Assembly: GCA_002361425.1 (NCBI GenBank) | Contig: DESW01000014.1 | Location: forward strand, 376-64,375 | Reading direction: 5' to 3' | Length of the DNA: 64,000 bases | From: Candidatus Saccharibacteria bacterium UBA3304 | GTDB taxonomy: Bacteria > Patescibacteriota > Saccharimonadia > Saccharimonadales > Saccharimonadaceae | In this document: in pieces, positions 16,657 to 26,338 of the stretch | How positions within the stretch are numbered: position 1 is the stretch's first letter | How the letters are laid out: each line of letters begins with the position of its first letter | The notes under the pieces: model-generated | Seen by the model: only the letters and a program-made list of their open reading frames with translations | Database searches by the model: none | Told to the model about the DNA's origin: nothing | Translations under genes and position numbers: made by a program

Positions 16657-18240
16657 ATGGATAAAAAGAAACTTCATTATGATGGCCCAGTAGTTCTCGT
16701 CGTCCTCGACGGCGTCGGTATTCGCGAGAACTCCAGTTTTAACGCGGTCAAAAAAGCACATCTTGAAAACTATAATCACTACATCGACGACTATCCTTGC
16801 GCAGCAATCAATGCTAGCGGTAAGTGGGTAGGCATTCCTGACGGCGATATGGGCAACAGTGAAGTTGGTCATAACGCGATGGGTGCCGGCGAGATCGTTC
16901 TTCAGCGCAGTGCTGCCGTTGAGCAGGCAATTATGGACGGTAAAGCCTTTACTGAGCCAGTTTGGCAGGACACCGTTAAGCGTGTTATCGATAATAATTC
17001 GACCCTACATTTCATGGGCATCTTCAGTGATGGTAACGTTCATTCCAATATTGCTCACCTCGAGAAAATGCTCGAGCAGGCCCATAAAGACGGCGTTAAG
17101 CGCGTACGCATTCATGCACTTATCGATGGTCGTGACGTGCCGCCTCAGAGTGAGCCAAAATACATTCAGCGCATCGAAAAATTTGTCGTAAAACTCGGTA
17201 GCCCAGACTATAAAATCGCCAGTGGCGGCGGCCGCATGGTCATTACTTGCGATCGCTACAATAACGATTGGGGCATGGTTGAAAAAGGTTGGCATACGCA
17301 CGTTCTCGGCGAAGGTCGTCAGTTTGCTAGCGCAACCGAAGCAGTTGAAACTTTTCGCAAGGAAGAGCCAGGCCTTCAGGATCAGTACATGCCTGCCTTC
17401 GTCGTCGCCGAAGATGGCAAGGCTATCGGCACGATTAACGATGGCGATGCTGTTGTTTACATCGATTTCCGTGCTGACCGCGCTATCGAAATTGCCCGCG
17501 CCTTCACTTATGATGACTTCTCGTATTTCGATCGCATTCGCCGCCCAGACGTTCGCTTTGTTGGTATGACCGAGTATGACGAGGATATTCACGTTCCGCA
17601 GTATACTCTCGTCCAGACGCCAGTCTTCAAGCATTCGCTTACTAAGCATCTCGCTGCGGCCGGTATCCGTCAGTATGCAATTTCCGAGACGGTTAAATTC
17701 GGTCACATTACTTACTACTTCAATGGCAACTCTTATGATGTCCCAGCCGGCGAGGTCGAGGAAGAGGTTCCTTCCTACAAGGAGCCGTTCAATACGCGCC
17801 CATGGATGAAGTCCGCTGAAATTACCGATAAGCTTGTCGCTGCAATTGAGAGCGGCAATTATGACTTCCTTCGCGTGAACTATCCTGGTGGTGATATGGT
17901 CGGCCACTTTGGCGAACTCGAGCCAACGATTATCGCAATGGAATCCATCGACGTCTGCCTCAAGCGTATCGTTGACGCCGTGAATAAACTTGGCGGTATT
18001 ACGATTATTACTGCCGACCACGGTAACGCCGAGGAGCTCATTGATGAGCAGGGTAATCCGAAGACTTCGCATACGACTAATAAGATTCCATTTGCGCTCG
18101 TTGATGACACGGACAACAAAGCGCTTTACAGGGTAAAGAAGGGTGAATTTGGTCTCGCTAACGTTGCTTCGACTGTCGCTGATTTGCTCGGTGTCGAGCC
18201 TGACGAAGCTTGGCTCCCATCGATTATTGAGGTAAAATAA
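16657..18240 (+). CDS. gpmI: 2,3-bisphosphoglycerate-independent phosphoglycerate mutase
   Basis: LVVLDGVG, GNSEVGHNAMGAG, ITADHGNAE and full-length iPGM architecture. ATG at 16657 lies 6 nt after TATAAT 16645-16650. Confidence 0.9.
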   Translation: MDKKKLHYDGPVVLVVLDGVGIRENSSFNAVKKAHLENYNHYIDDYPCAAINASGKWVGIPDGDMGNSEVGHNAMGAGEIVLQRSAAVEQAIMDGKAFTEPVWQDTVKRVIDNNSTLHFMGIFSDGNVHSNIAHLEKMLEQAHKDGVKRVRIHALIDGRDVPPQSEPKYIQRIEKFVVKLGSPDYKIASGGGRMVITCDRYNNDWGMVEKGWHTHVLGEGRQFASATEAVETFRKEEPGLQDQYMPAFVVAEDGKAIGTINDGDAVVYIDFRADRAIEIARAFTYDDFSYFDRIRRPDVRFVGMTEYDEDIHVPQYTLVQTPVFKHSLTKHLAAAGIRQYAISETVKFGHITYYFNGNSYDVPAGEVEEEVPSYKEPFNTRPWMKSAEITDKLVAAIESGNYDFLRVNYPGGDMVGHFGELEPTIIAMESIDVCLKRIVDAVNKLGGITIITADHGNAEELIDEQGNPKTSHTTNKIPFALVDDTDNKALYRVKKGEFGLANVASTVADLLGVEPDEAWLPSIIEVK

Positions 18241-18244
18241 AACC

Positions 18245-18940
18245 ATGAACACTTTGGGTATGGTCATCGCTGCAAACGTATTCGCAACTATTGCGATTCT
18301 TTGCGGACTTAAGTTATTCGATCTCGGTAGTTCTCTTGCCGATCCGATTCGCAAATATGGTCCAATTCTTGGCACCGTTTTCGCTGTCGTCGCTATCTTT
18401 AACTTCCTACTCAAAGACACGCTTGATTTAACTGACGGCAACTATACGCTCTGGATGGTTGTCGTTAGTATGATAGGTTTTGCTTTCTATGACTTCATGG
18501 TCAACTTCGCGAAGCGTGGCCTGCTAGAGCCAAAAAGTAAAGAATCTCGCAAACGTGGTCGCGTCTCAAAAATGTCAGTTACTGCAGTCGCTTTACTGGA
18601 TATTCTTTCGGGTGCAATCTTCGGTGCCGCTGCCGGTATTAGCTTTACGCTCAACTTCGGTACTGGTATCGTCACGCTTTGTTCGCTCATTCTGCTTCAG
18701 ATCGTTATGAAAGTTGCCGTTATTCGTCGTTATCAGGATGCGCGCTTCACGCGCAAAGAAAACATTACAGTACTCGTTTTATCGCTTGCGACTTCGCCAA
18801 TTGTTGCATCGCTCGTCAATCTATGGGCGCGCGACCGCTACCGTCATGTTGGCATTTTTATGGCGCTTGCCATTGGCTATCTAGCCTACCTCGGTATCTA
18901 TCAGGTGGTGCTTATTGTCAAAAAGCTCCAAAACAGATAA
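18245..18940 (+). CDS. polytopic membrane protein, unknown function
   Basis: 231 aa with about 6 hydrophobic segments. Starts 5 nt after the gpmI stop. Confidence 0.55.
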   Translation: MNTLGMVIAANVFATIAILCGLKLFDLGSSLADPIRKYGPILGTVFAVVAIFNFLLKDTLDLTDGNYTLWMVVVSMIGFAFYDFMVNFAKRGLLEPKSKESRKRGRVSKMSVTAVALLDILSGAIFGAAAGISFTLNFGTGIVTLCSLILLQIVMKVAVIRRYQDARFTRKENITVLVLSLATSPIVASLVNLWARDRYRHVGIFMALAIGYLAYLGIYQVVLIVKKLQNR

Positions 18941-18952
18941 AATAAGCTTATT

Positions 18953-19792
18953 ATGCAGATCAAAAAAGCTATTATTCCAGTTGCAGGCTGGGGCACTCGC
19001 CGCTTGCCTATCACTAAGGTAATTGAGAAGGCTATGCTTCCTATCGGCAACCGTCCGCTCGCGGATTATGTCGTTGAAGACTGCGCTAAGGCTGGTATCG
19101 AAGACGTCTATATCGTCATCGACGAAAAACCATTTTCTCAGATTAAAGCTTATTACGAAGAAAACGAAAAGTTGAATAATTATCTCGTCGCTCGCGGCAA
19201 GGCTGATAAGGTTTCCATTGCAAACACTCAGCGCCCAGGTATGACGATTCATTTTTATTGCCAGAAAGACGTTGACGCTCGTTACGGCTCTGCTTGCCCA
19301 GTCGCACAGGTTGTAGAAGAGTTCGGTATTGATGAGCCAACTGTTGTCCTTATGGGTGATGACTTCATTTATAATGCTGATGGTTCTTCTGACCTCGTTC
19401 GCCTCATGGGATGTATTAATGAGCCTACTGATTCTGCAATGCTTGCAACCGAAATCGATCCAAATGACGTCGAAAAATACGGCGTGCTCAAGGTTGATGA
19501 CGGTATCTTGACCGGTATTTACGAAAAGCCAAAGAAAGAGGAAGCTCCGAGTAACCTCATTAACATTAGCAAATACATCATGTCGCCTGTGCTTTTGAAG
19601 CGCATCGTTGATTACTGTCATGAGCACGATTTCGGCCCTGGCGATCAGGAGTATCTCATTACTGATCCAATCATCGACCACATCAAAGCTGGCGAAAAAA
19701 TCTACGTCAAGCCAATTCGGGGTGAATATCTTGATGGCGGTTCCGCAGAGGGCTGGCTCCACGCAAATAACGTAGTTTGCGGCGGTAAATAA
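18953..19792 (+). CDS. galU: UTP-glucose-1-phosphate uridylyltransferase-like nucleotidyltransferase
   Basis: KAIIPVAGWGTRRLPITKVIEKAMLPI N-terminal signature of GalU-type sugar-1-P nucleotidyltransferases. Confidence 0.8.
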   Translation: MQIKKAIIPVAGWGTRRLPITKVIEKAMLPIGNRPLADYVVEDCAKAGIEDVYIVIDEKPFSQIKAYYEENEKLNNYLVARGKADKVSIANTQRPGMTIHFYCQKDVDARYGSACPVAQVVEEFGIDEPTVVLMGDDFIYNADGSSDLVRLMGCINEPTDSAMLATEIDPNDVEKYGVLKVDDGILTGIYEKPKKEEAPSNLINISKYIMSPVLLKRIVDYCHEHDFGPGDQEYLITDPIIDHIKAGEKIYVKPIRGEYLDGGSAEGWLHANNVVCGGK

Positions 19793-20010
19793 TGCAGATT
19801 TCTGTGCGCGTCAAACCTGGTGTAAAGGGTGCGACGCGCCTTGAAAAACAAGAAGACGGCAGTTATGTCGCCTTTTTGCATGCACGTGCGCACGACGGGG
19901 AAGCGAATAAAGCGCTCATCGAGCTAATCTCTGATGAATTTTCCGTACCAAAAACGAGCATCAATATTACTTCCGGTGCTCATTCGCGTGATAAGAAAAT
20001 CTCTTTCTAA
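19792..20010 (+). CDS. DUF167 (YggU) family protein
   Basis: 72 aa. RVKPG...HDGEANKALIELISDEFSVPKTSINITSGAHSRDK matches the YggU pattern. ATGA-type junction with galU. Confidence 0.75.
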   Translation: MQISVRVKPGVKGATRLEKQEDGSYVAFLHARAHDGEANKALIELISDEFSVPKTSINITSGAHSRDKKISF

Positions 20011-21189
20011 TTATTTTAGGAATTTCTCGTCTTTAATTTCGTCTGGTAGATAATTTTTGTCGAGCTTGAAGCCGGCTTCCCATTTTTGCCCTTCGCCAAA
20101 ACCGAGTTCTTTCATGAGCTTAGTTGGTGCATTGCGGAGCCAGATTGGCACCGGCAGTCCCATCGTGCGACGTGCCATGTCGGAAGCTGCGTACCAGGCG
20201 TCAGTAGTCTGGCGGGATTTCTTCGACTTTGCGAGTGCGGTCGTGACGTGCGCAAGAATTAATCCGCTCTCTGGCATACCGATACGTTCAACTGCCATGA
20301 AGGCATTGAGTGCCAAGCCTAGTGCGCCATTGCCGGCTAGTCCGATATCTTCTGAAGCAAAAATCACCATGCGGCGCGCGACGAATTTTGGATCTTCGCC
20401 AGCATCGAGCATACGCGCAAGGTAATAGAGCGCCGCATCGGCGTCGCCGCCACGCATCGACTTAATAAAAGCGGAGATGTTGTCATAATGCTTGTCGCCT
20501 TTTTTGTCGTAGCCAGGCACTTTACGGCCGGCCGCTTCGAGCACTTCTTGTACGCCAACTTTCTGCGATAAACTGAGCGCTAATTCGAGGTCGCCGAGTG
20601 CTGAACGGGCATCGCCGCCGGATAATTCAGCAAGATAATCAACTGCGGCTTTCGTAACACGTTTGGTTGCTTTCTCGGCCTTAATAGCGCGATTAAGTAC
20701 GGCAATAATATCGTCTTTGCTCAGATGCTTTACGACTACGACGCGACTGCGGCTGAGAAGCGGGGAAATCACTTCGAAGCTCGGATTCTCGGTCGTGGCG
20801 CCAATCAAGGTAATCAAACCAGATTCGACGTGTGGCAAAAAGGCATCCTGCTGCGCCTTATTGAAGCGGTGAATTTCGTCTACGAACAATACGGTGCGCT
20901 GTTTGAGGTTCCAGTTTTTCTTGGCCACTTCGACGACTTTTTCGACGTCTTTTTTGCCGCTTGTGACGGCAGAAATTTCGATAAAATCTGCTTTAAATTC
21001 CTTCGCGATGATACGCGCAAGCGTAGTCTTACCGGTACCAGGAGGGCCCCAGAAAATAATGTTCACTGGCTCCTGTTTGCGCACGATTTCGGTAAGGATT
21101 TTGCCCTCACCAATAATCTCATCCTGGCCAATCACCTCATCGAGGCTCTTTGGGCGCATGCGTTCAGCGAGCGGGACTCTATTGTCCAT
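20011..21189 (-). CDS. rarA: replication-associated recombination protein A (AAA+ ATPase)
   Basis: [16 protein letters not shown], Walker [10 protein letters not shown], Walker [11 protein letters not shown], and a MgsA C-terminal domain. Confidence 0.9.
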   Translation of the reverse strand: MDNRVPLAERMRPKSLDEVIGQDEIIGEGKILTEIVRKQEPVNIIFWGPPGTGKTTLARIIAKEFKADFIEISAVTSGKKDVEKVVEVAKKNWNLKQRTVLFVDEIHRFNKAQQDAFLPHVESGLITLIGATTENPSFEVISPLLSRSRVVVVKHLSKDDIIAVLNRAIKAEKATKRVTKAAVDYLAELSGGDARSALGDLELALSLSQKVGVQEVLEAAGRKVPGYDKKGDKHYDNISAFIKSMRGGDADAALYYLARMLDAGEDPKFVARRMVIFASEDIGLAGNGALGLALNAFMAVERIGMPESGLILAHVTTALAKSKKSRQTTDAWYAASDMARRTMGLPVPIWLRNAPTKLMKELGFGEGQKWEAGFKLDKNYLPDEIKDEKFLK

Positions 21190-22177
21190 ATTTCTCCTTT
21201 AAAACTTTGCGAGCGGCGCGCAAAATTGCTAGCTCACGAGCGGTGAAGAATTTTGCCTGATAAATCATATCGGTAGTATCAATCTTTTCGACCGCTGCGA
21301 TTGCGGCGTCGATATTATCGAACCATTCTAGCTCAAAGCCGTCCTCTTCTTCGTCGTCCATCAGATTATTGCCGACGAATTCTGTCGCACGTGCGAGGAA
21401 GGCGTAGGAAATATTAAACTGGCCAAACTTATGGCGCGTTTCGTGTGTATAGCCAAGCGTGCAAAGTGGCTCGATTTTCCAACCGGCCTCTTCGATAACC
21501 TCACGATGTAATGCCTCGGTGATTAATTCACCTGGATCAATACCGCCGCCAGGTAGCTTGTAATAGCCACGATTCTTAGCATTAATTAGAGCAACGCGAT
21601 AATCCTTGTCGACTAGCACAGCGCGTGAAGCAGTGCGCTCATCGAAAGTCGACTCGTCCTTGTCTTCTGGCAAGCCGAAATCGCTGTCGCGGAAATGCTC
21701 GATGCACTTGTCCGGTACGATATCTACGCGGAAATCAGTGAAGGTATTATTCTCGTTGTAATCGAAGTAGGCATCAATCGTTTTACCGCGAAAAACGTCC
21801 GGCATCCAGTGCTCGTCGTCACCCCACATTTTGTTGTATGGCAGGGAATTAATTTCGTACCAGCCCGGGATGAGCTCATCGGTCTCGACCGGCTCGCCGT
21901 CAAAATCCTCGCTCATGTAAACATGGGTAATGTCGGTTTCTGGCTCGCCTTTATAGTAGAGGTTGCGAAAGACAATCTGGCCAACCTTATGCGCGTCGCG
22001 GACCTTGATTCCAACCTCTTCCTCAGCCTCGCGAATTGCAGCAGCTTTTGGTGTTTCGCCTGGCTCAACTTTGCCGCCTGGCTCAGTTAATTTTCCGGCA
22101 CCAAAACCGCGTTTCTTGATTCCTAGGCAGGTCTTATTGCCGCGTTTTAGAATCATCAAAGTTAGGTGTCGAATCAT
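21179..22177 (-). CDS. tandem Nudix hydrolase (two Nudix boxes in one polypeptide)
   Basis: Box 1 is GGKVEPGETPKAAAIREAEEEVG. Box 2 is LPGGGIDPGELITEALHREVIEEAG. Overlaps the rarA start by 11 nt. Confidence 0.8.
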   Translation of the reverse strand: MIRHLTLMILKRGNKTCLGIKKRGFGAGKLTEPGGKVEPGETPKAAAIREAEEEVGIKVRDAHKVGQIVFRNLYYKGEPETDITHVYMSEDFDGEPVETDELIPGWYEINSLPYNKMWGDDEHWMPDVFRGKTIDAYFDYNENNTFTDFRVDIVPDKCIEHFRDSDFGLPEDKDESTFDERTASRAVLVDKDYRVALINAKNRGYYKLPGGGIDPGELITEALHREVIEEAGWKIEPLCTLGYTHETRHKFGQFNISYAFLARATEFVGNNLMDDEEEDGFELEWFDNIDAAIAAVEKIDTTDMIYQAKFFTARELAILRAARKVLKEKYGQ

Positions 22178-22184
22178 ACGCCTC

Positions 22185-22850
22185 CTATGCGCTTAATGGT
22201 CTTGTTCTTAAGATATATAATACTCCATTTACGAAGGCCCAGTCTAGGCTAACAGGGGCGCCGATTGCTTTTTCGGCCTTGCGCACGGCGTGCCACAGTT
22301 GCTGAACCTGATCGGCTTCCAATATAAGCTCGTCTTCGTCGCTTTCAAGCGCCACGGTGCCGTCACGCTTGTCGACTAGAATCATTTCACTCTCATCTTC
22401 ATTTCCGAGCACGCTGTTATTTGCCCACAAATCTGCCTCGATAACTATCTCGTCGCGCGCATCAGTATAGGGGTTCTGTGAATGAATCATACCACGTAGC
22501 TCGCCGTCGAGAAATTCCTGCACGACGATTGCGCTTGGCGTCCAGCGGCGCTCGGCGTTTGCCTGCATGTACATAATTGTTTCAATCAATTTATCGCGCG
22601 ATACTGGCGCAATTGTTTCGGTGGCGTCGCTAGAAACTGGGGAAGCGCGCAAAATCACTTTCTGGATTTCGAGTTTGTCGAATTCGCGCAAGATTTCGTT
22701 ACTCAAACCATAGCCGACATGCTTATCGATAGGCACGATAAAGCCACGTGCGGTACGTAGGCCGGCACGCTTAGTCTTAGCTAAGAGCGAACCTAACTGG
22801 CCGACAATTCGAATGTCGTCGCTAGCGTCTAAGGTTAGAGTATTACTCAT
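22185..22850 (-). CDS. stand-alone PEP/pyruvate-binding (PPDK_N, ATP-grasp-like) domain protein
   Basis: 221 aa. ...GLRTARGFIVP... and C-terminal VSLDWAFVNGVLYILRTRPL resemble the N-terminal nucleotide-binding domain of PEP synthase/PPDK. No phosphohistidine or PEP-utilising domains follow. Confidence 0.4.
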   Translation of the reverse strand: MSNTLTLDASDDIRIVGQLGSLLAKTKRAGLRTARGFIVPIDKHVGYGLSNEILREFDKLEIQKVILRASPVSSDATETIAPVSRDKLIETIMYMQANAERRWTPSAIVVQEFLDGELRGMIHSQNPYTDARDEIVIEADLWANNSVLGNEDESEMILVDKRDGTVALESDEDELILEADQVQQLWHAVRKAEKAIGAPVSLDWAFVNGVLYILRTRPLSA

Positions 22851-22961
22851 ATTTGTTAATTATATCATAAACATTGACTTTTTGCACATTTTGTGCTATA
22901 ATGAAGGCATACCATTAGGTTTGTCGCTTATAGACAAAAGTACATTGAAGGAGGTTGTATT

Positions 22962-23594
22962 ATGGGATACACCAACAAAGAGTTAACAGAGAAATGGCAT
23001 GCAGAACGCGACCGCGCTAATCAGGAGCAGGCACGCGCAGCAGAGCTTCAGGGCAAGCTGGCAGCTGTTCAGGATCGCAACAGTGAGCTTGAGAAGCTCA
23101 ATGGCGAACTCGAAGATAAGCTTAAGGCTTCTCAGGCCCGCATGGATGCACTCGAGGAACAGATTAAGTTTCATGAGGCTGCCACTAAGAGCGCAAACGA
23201 AGACGCTAATGAACAGCGTGCTAAGGTTGCTAAGCTTGAAGCGCAGCTCAAGGCTAAAAAAGAACGTCTGAGTCCTGGTGCTCAGGATCTGATTTCGCAT
23301 ACTAAGCACGATCCGGATGCAGATATCATTTCTACGGACGCTATCATTCATGCTGCTGCATCAGTTGCTTCATCTAGCGAGAAGGACACCAGCTTCCTTA
23401 ATGTCATTTTAGCGGCAAGCGCAAGCGATCCCGCAGTCGAAGAACGTAGCTATATCGAACTCACCGACGGTGATGACGAAGGCGACGACGAAGAAGACGA
23501 TGATGATAACGAAGAGGAAGAGGAGCCAAATGAGTCTGGCGCTCCATATGGACGCTCGCCCGATGGCGAGTATCTTGATCCAGACGAGGCTTGA
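22962..23594 (+). CDS. coiled-coil protein with poly-acidic tail
   Basis: 210 aa with AGGAGG SD. Long heptad-like helical N-half and a DDEGDDEEDDDDNEEEEEP tail. Confidence 0.6.
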   Translation: MGYTNKELTEKWHAERDRANQEQARAAELQGKLAAVQDRNSELEKLNGELEDKLKASQARMDALEEQIKFHEAATKSANEDANEQRAKVAKLEAQLKAKKERLSPGAQDLISHTKHDPDADIISTDAIIHAAASVASSSEKDTSFLNVILAASASDPAVEERSYIELTDGDDEGDDEEDDDDNEEEEEPNESGAPYGRSPDGEYLDPDEA

Positions 23595-23630
23595 TTCTGA
23601 CAAGAAGTAATTCTCAGTTTTAACTCACCG

Positions 23631-23668
23631 ACAAAAAACCACCGCATCCGTGCGGTGGTTCCTTTTTT
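23631..23668. terminator. bidirectional intrinsic terminator between convergent genes
   Basis: A-run, then aaccaccgca-tccg-tgcggtggtt, then a T-run. Confidence 0.85.
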
Positions 23669-23671
23669 ATC

Positions 23672-24412
23672 TTAAGCCTTGAAGATGCTCTTGATGTCGT
23701 TTGGAAGCATGATTACGGTCTTCTGGCTTGGGTCGGAAGAAATCTTTTCAAGCGTCTGAAGAGTACGAATCTGAATACCGCCTGGAGTATGAGCGAGAAG
23801 CTGTGCAGCCTCGGCAACGGACTTAGCGGCAGATTTTTCACCTTCTGCGGCAATGATTGCGGCGCGGCGTTCGCGTTCAGCTTCTGCCTGCTTTGCCATT
23901 GCGCGTTTCATATCACCTGGGAGCTCGATGTTTTGGAGTTTAACGTTCTCAATATCGATACCCCACTTGTCAGTCTCCTTATCGACGATTTCCTTAATCT
24001 GAGCGGAAATTTCATCACGCTTAGAAAGAAGCTCATCAAGCTCGAAGTTACCGGTGATATCACGGAGAGCAGCCTGAGCAAAGTTTGTAGTTGCGTAGAC
24101 ATAGTTAGTAGTCTCAAGCAAAGCCTTTGCTGGATCGAGCACGCGGAAGTAAACGATTGCATCGACACCTACGGTGACGTTATCCTTAGTAATAACTTCC
24201 TGCTTTGGCACATCAATAGGTGTGGAACGAACGTCGACACGAGAGACGGTCTGCAAGTATGGAATGATGACGCGTAGACCTGGTTGCTTAATACCGCTAT
24301 ACTTGCCAAGCGTAAAGACAACACCGCGCTCAAACTGACGAATAACACGGCAGCCTGGCAAGATAACGAGCAAAATCACGAAGATAATTACTCCAATAAT
24401 TAGTTCTGGCAT
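23672..24412 (-). CDS. SPFH/band-7 (stomatin/prohibitin-like) membrane protein
   Basis: 246 aa with an N-terminal TM and a typical SPFH core (RVIRQFERGVVFTLGKY...DVPKQEVITKDNV...) plus an Ala/Glu-rich coiled coil. Confidence 0.85.
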   Translation of the reverse strand: MPELIIGVIIFVILLVILPGCRVIRQFERGVVFTLGKYSGIKQPGLRVIIPYLQTVSRVDVRSTPIDVPKQEVITKDNVTVGVDAIVYFRVLDPAKALLETTNYVYATTNFAQAALRDITGNFELDELLSKRDEISAQIKEIVDKETDKWGIDIENVKLQNIELPGDMKRAMAKQAEAERERRAAIIAAEGEKSAAKSVAEAAQLLAHTPGGIQIRTLQTLEKISSDPSQKTVIMLPNDIKSIFKA

Positions 24413-24451
24413 ATTAAATACTCCTTTTGTTTTTTCTTAATTAATTATACC

Positions 24452-25171
24452 TTATTTCGAAGCAAGGCCAGCATCCATTAGGCGCTGAACTTCCTTGTAG
24501 TCATTATCGGTATTCCAGGTGCCCGCAAAGCCGTCTGCGGTGAATTTGTCGAAGAAGAAACGTGGCACGCCGCCATTGATTTTCTTCTGAGCTTCCTTCG
24601 TGTTTTTGTCGAGCTCAGCAACAGTCTCGTTATTTTTCATGCAGCTAACGAGCTTGTCGCGATCGATACTATCTAGCTCGTCGGCGATATTATAGAAGTA
24701 ATCCATGCTGAGTGTAGGAATTTTCTCGCTATAGCGGTCTACACCGATGCCACGAGAGTGGTAATCTTTGTAGATCTTAGCGAGCAATGCGTAGTAGTAT
24801 CCCCAGAAGTCACCCTGTTTTGCAGCGCAATATGCTGCTTCGCCAGCTGGGCGACTATTCGTCGAGTGGCCGTTTTCATAGTTTACGTCCGTGACGCGAA
24901 TCTCGAATAAGATGTTATTTTCTTCAATGTAATGCTTGTCGAAGTGCTCCATATTGGCAGCAACCGCATCAGAGAACTTGTCACAGTATGGACAGAAGAT
25001 ATCGGTGTACATAATAAAGTGATGCGTTGCGGTCTCTTTATTGCCCTTAGTCATTTGTTCATTCCAGACGGTCATATCAATCGGTGTAGGATTAATCGAG
25101 TTAAAGATAACTAGTGCGCCCAAAAAACCGACGACTAAGACTAAGAGTCCGATTCTAATGGCTTTTTGCAT
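24452..25171 (-). CDS. membrane-anchored DsbA-family thiol:disulfide oxidoreductase
   Basis: 239 aa with an N-terminal TM, thioredoxin-fold active site FCPYC, and the cis-Pro region GGVPRFFF. Confidence 0.8.
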   Translation of the reverse strand: MQKAIRIGLLVLVVGFLGALVIFNSINPTPIDMTVWNEQMTKGNKETATHHFIMYTDIFCPYCDKFSDAVAANMEHFDKHYIEENNILFEIRVTDVNYENGHSTNSRPAGEAAYCAAKQGDFWGYYYALLAKIYKDYHSRGIGVDRYSEKIPTLSMDYFYNIADELDSIDRDKLVSCMKNNETVAELDKNTKEAQKKINGGVPRFFFDKFTADGFAGTWNTDNDYKEVQRLMDAGLASK

Positions 25172-25766
25172 GTTCCTCCTTGTAGTTCTTGCTACTAATT
25201 ATAATGAAGTTAATATAGCCTAAGCGAATAATCGAGTAGAGTAGAAGTATGAAGGCGAGAATGGTTAGAGCGTATCCGACCGTCTCGGATAATGCGACTG
25301 CACTTGCGCCGGCAATTGCGGATAGTAATGGCGTTAATAAGCCGATACCGCAGCTTGGGCAACCGAGCGCTAGAAAACCAAGCACTGCACCGATTCCGCC
25401 CGTACTGACACCGTTCAACGACTGCTCTTTTTCGCGGTTGCGTAGAGCGAAAACAATTTGCGTTACGACGATACCTTGCCATAGTGATAGAAAGATAATC
25501 GTAATGCCATAAAACGAAGTAAAGTTCTCTAGGATTGCCGGAAATATGCGCCCCAGTATTTCTAGCTTACGGTCGATGGCGAGGCCTGACCAGATTAGCT
25601 GCCAGTTGCTACTACCATCGCGGAAGAAGGTTAGGAAATATAGAAAAACCAAGAAACTCAGCAAGAAAACCGCTAGATATTTAGGTTTCTTAAGGATATA
25701 GCCCGTACTAACTAGCGCAAACTTACTGCGATCCGAGATTGTTTCAATTATTTTTCGGATTGCCAT
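25155..25766 (-). CDS. four-TM membrane protein with intramembrane GCPSCG (CxxC) motif
   Basis: 203 aa. A single Cys pair sits inside predicted TM3 (FLALGCPSCGIGLL). Overlaps both the dfx end and the DsbA-like start. Confidence 0.6.
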   Translation of the reverse strand: MAIRKIIETISDRSKFALVSTGYILKKPKYLAVFLLSFLVFLYFLTFFRDGSSNWQLIWSGLAIDRKLEILGRIFPAILENFTSFYGITIIFLSLWQGIVVTQIVFALRNREKEQSLNGVSTGGIGAVLGFLALGCPSCGIGLLTPLLSAIAGASAVALSETVGYALTILAFILLLYSIIRLGYINFIIISSKNYKEEHAKSH

Positions 25767-26140
25767 AGGCCGTGAATATTACAGAATGCATATGCGCGGA
25801 CCTTACCGTCGCCTCTCATCTTAGAGAACTTAACGACTGGCGGGGTAGTGAGGCCGAGTCTCTGAATTTCGACGCGTTCGCCATCGGTAAGAGCAATCCA
25901 CTCAATGCGATGCTCTGGCTCCATTGGGTGGAGCTGAAGGCCAATCTGAACCTCGGTATCGTTCTGATTGAGCTCAATAATAGGCGCATGCTTTTCGCTG
26001 CCTTCAGTACCGTGAATATGGTCGAGGATTTCCATGTCGCTGCCGCAGCAAGTAGGGCGGACGTTAGGGTCGACCATCACAAACAATAAATTACCGCAGG
26101 TGTTGCAGCGATAGAACTTTAAACCGTCTTGATTTTCCAT
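25748..26140 (-). CDS. dfx: desulfoferrodoxin (2Fe superoxide reductase)
   Basis: 130 aa. N-terminal desulforedoxin CxxC...CC (YRCNTCGN...PTCCG), then the SOR centre ligands EKHAPI, H.MEPEHRIEWI and CNIHGLW. Confidence 0.85.
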   Translation of the reverse strand: MENQDGLKFYRCNTCGNLLFVMVDPNVRPTCCGSDMEILDHIHGTEGSEKHAPIIELNQNDTEVQIGLQLHPMEPEHRIEWIALTDGERVEIQRLGLTTPPVVKFSKMRGDGKVRAYAFCNIHGLWQSEK

Positions 26141-26303
26141 ATACCTCCTTAATTACTTTTTATTTTAGCGTATTTCTCTGGCAAAATCTACCATCCCTTT
26201 GGCATATTATTTCACACTAAAATTTTCAAAAGTCAAGGAATTTTGGCGCTCCACCCCTGTAAAATCGTAAAATATCATAAAATAATCTGCGAAAAAGTCA
26301 ATG

Positions 26304-26332
26304 TTGACGAAAAAAGCGCTAATGTATAGAAT
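26304..26332 (+). promoter_or_regulatory. promoter (TTGACG-17-TAGAAT) driving a short structured RNA
   Basis: -35 at 26304-26309, -10 at 26327-26332. No ORF follows before the terminator at 26387-26423. Confidence 0.55.
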
Positions 26333-26338
26333 AATGGC

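Noticed and set aside
17005-18441. Very long ORFs antisense to real genes: 478 aa opposite gpmI, 470 aa (42807-44219) opposite pnp, 503 aa (60771-62282) opposite leuS, 346 aa (47779-48819) opposite proS, 330 aa (46205-47197) opposite ftsK, and 293 aa (18881-19762) opposite galU.
   Set aside because: All lie exactly opposite genes with unmistakable conserved motifs, and their own translations are low-complexity with no motifs, SD or promoter. The sense genes rarely use TTA, CTA or TCA codons, which removes stops from the complementary frame. This is a codon-usage artefact rather than overlapping genes.
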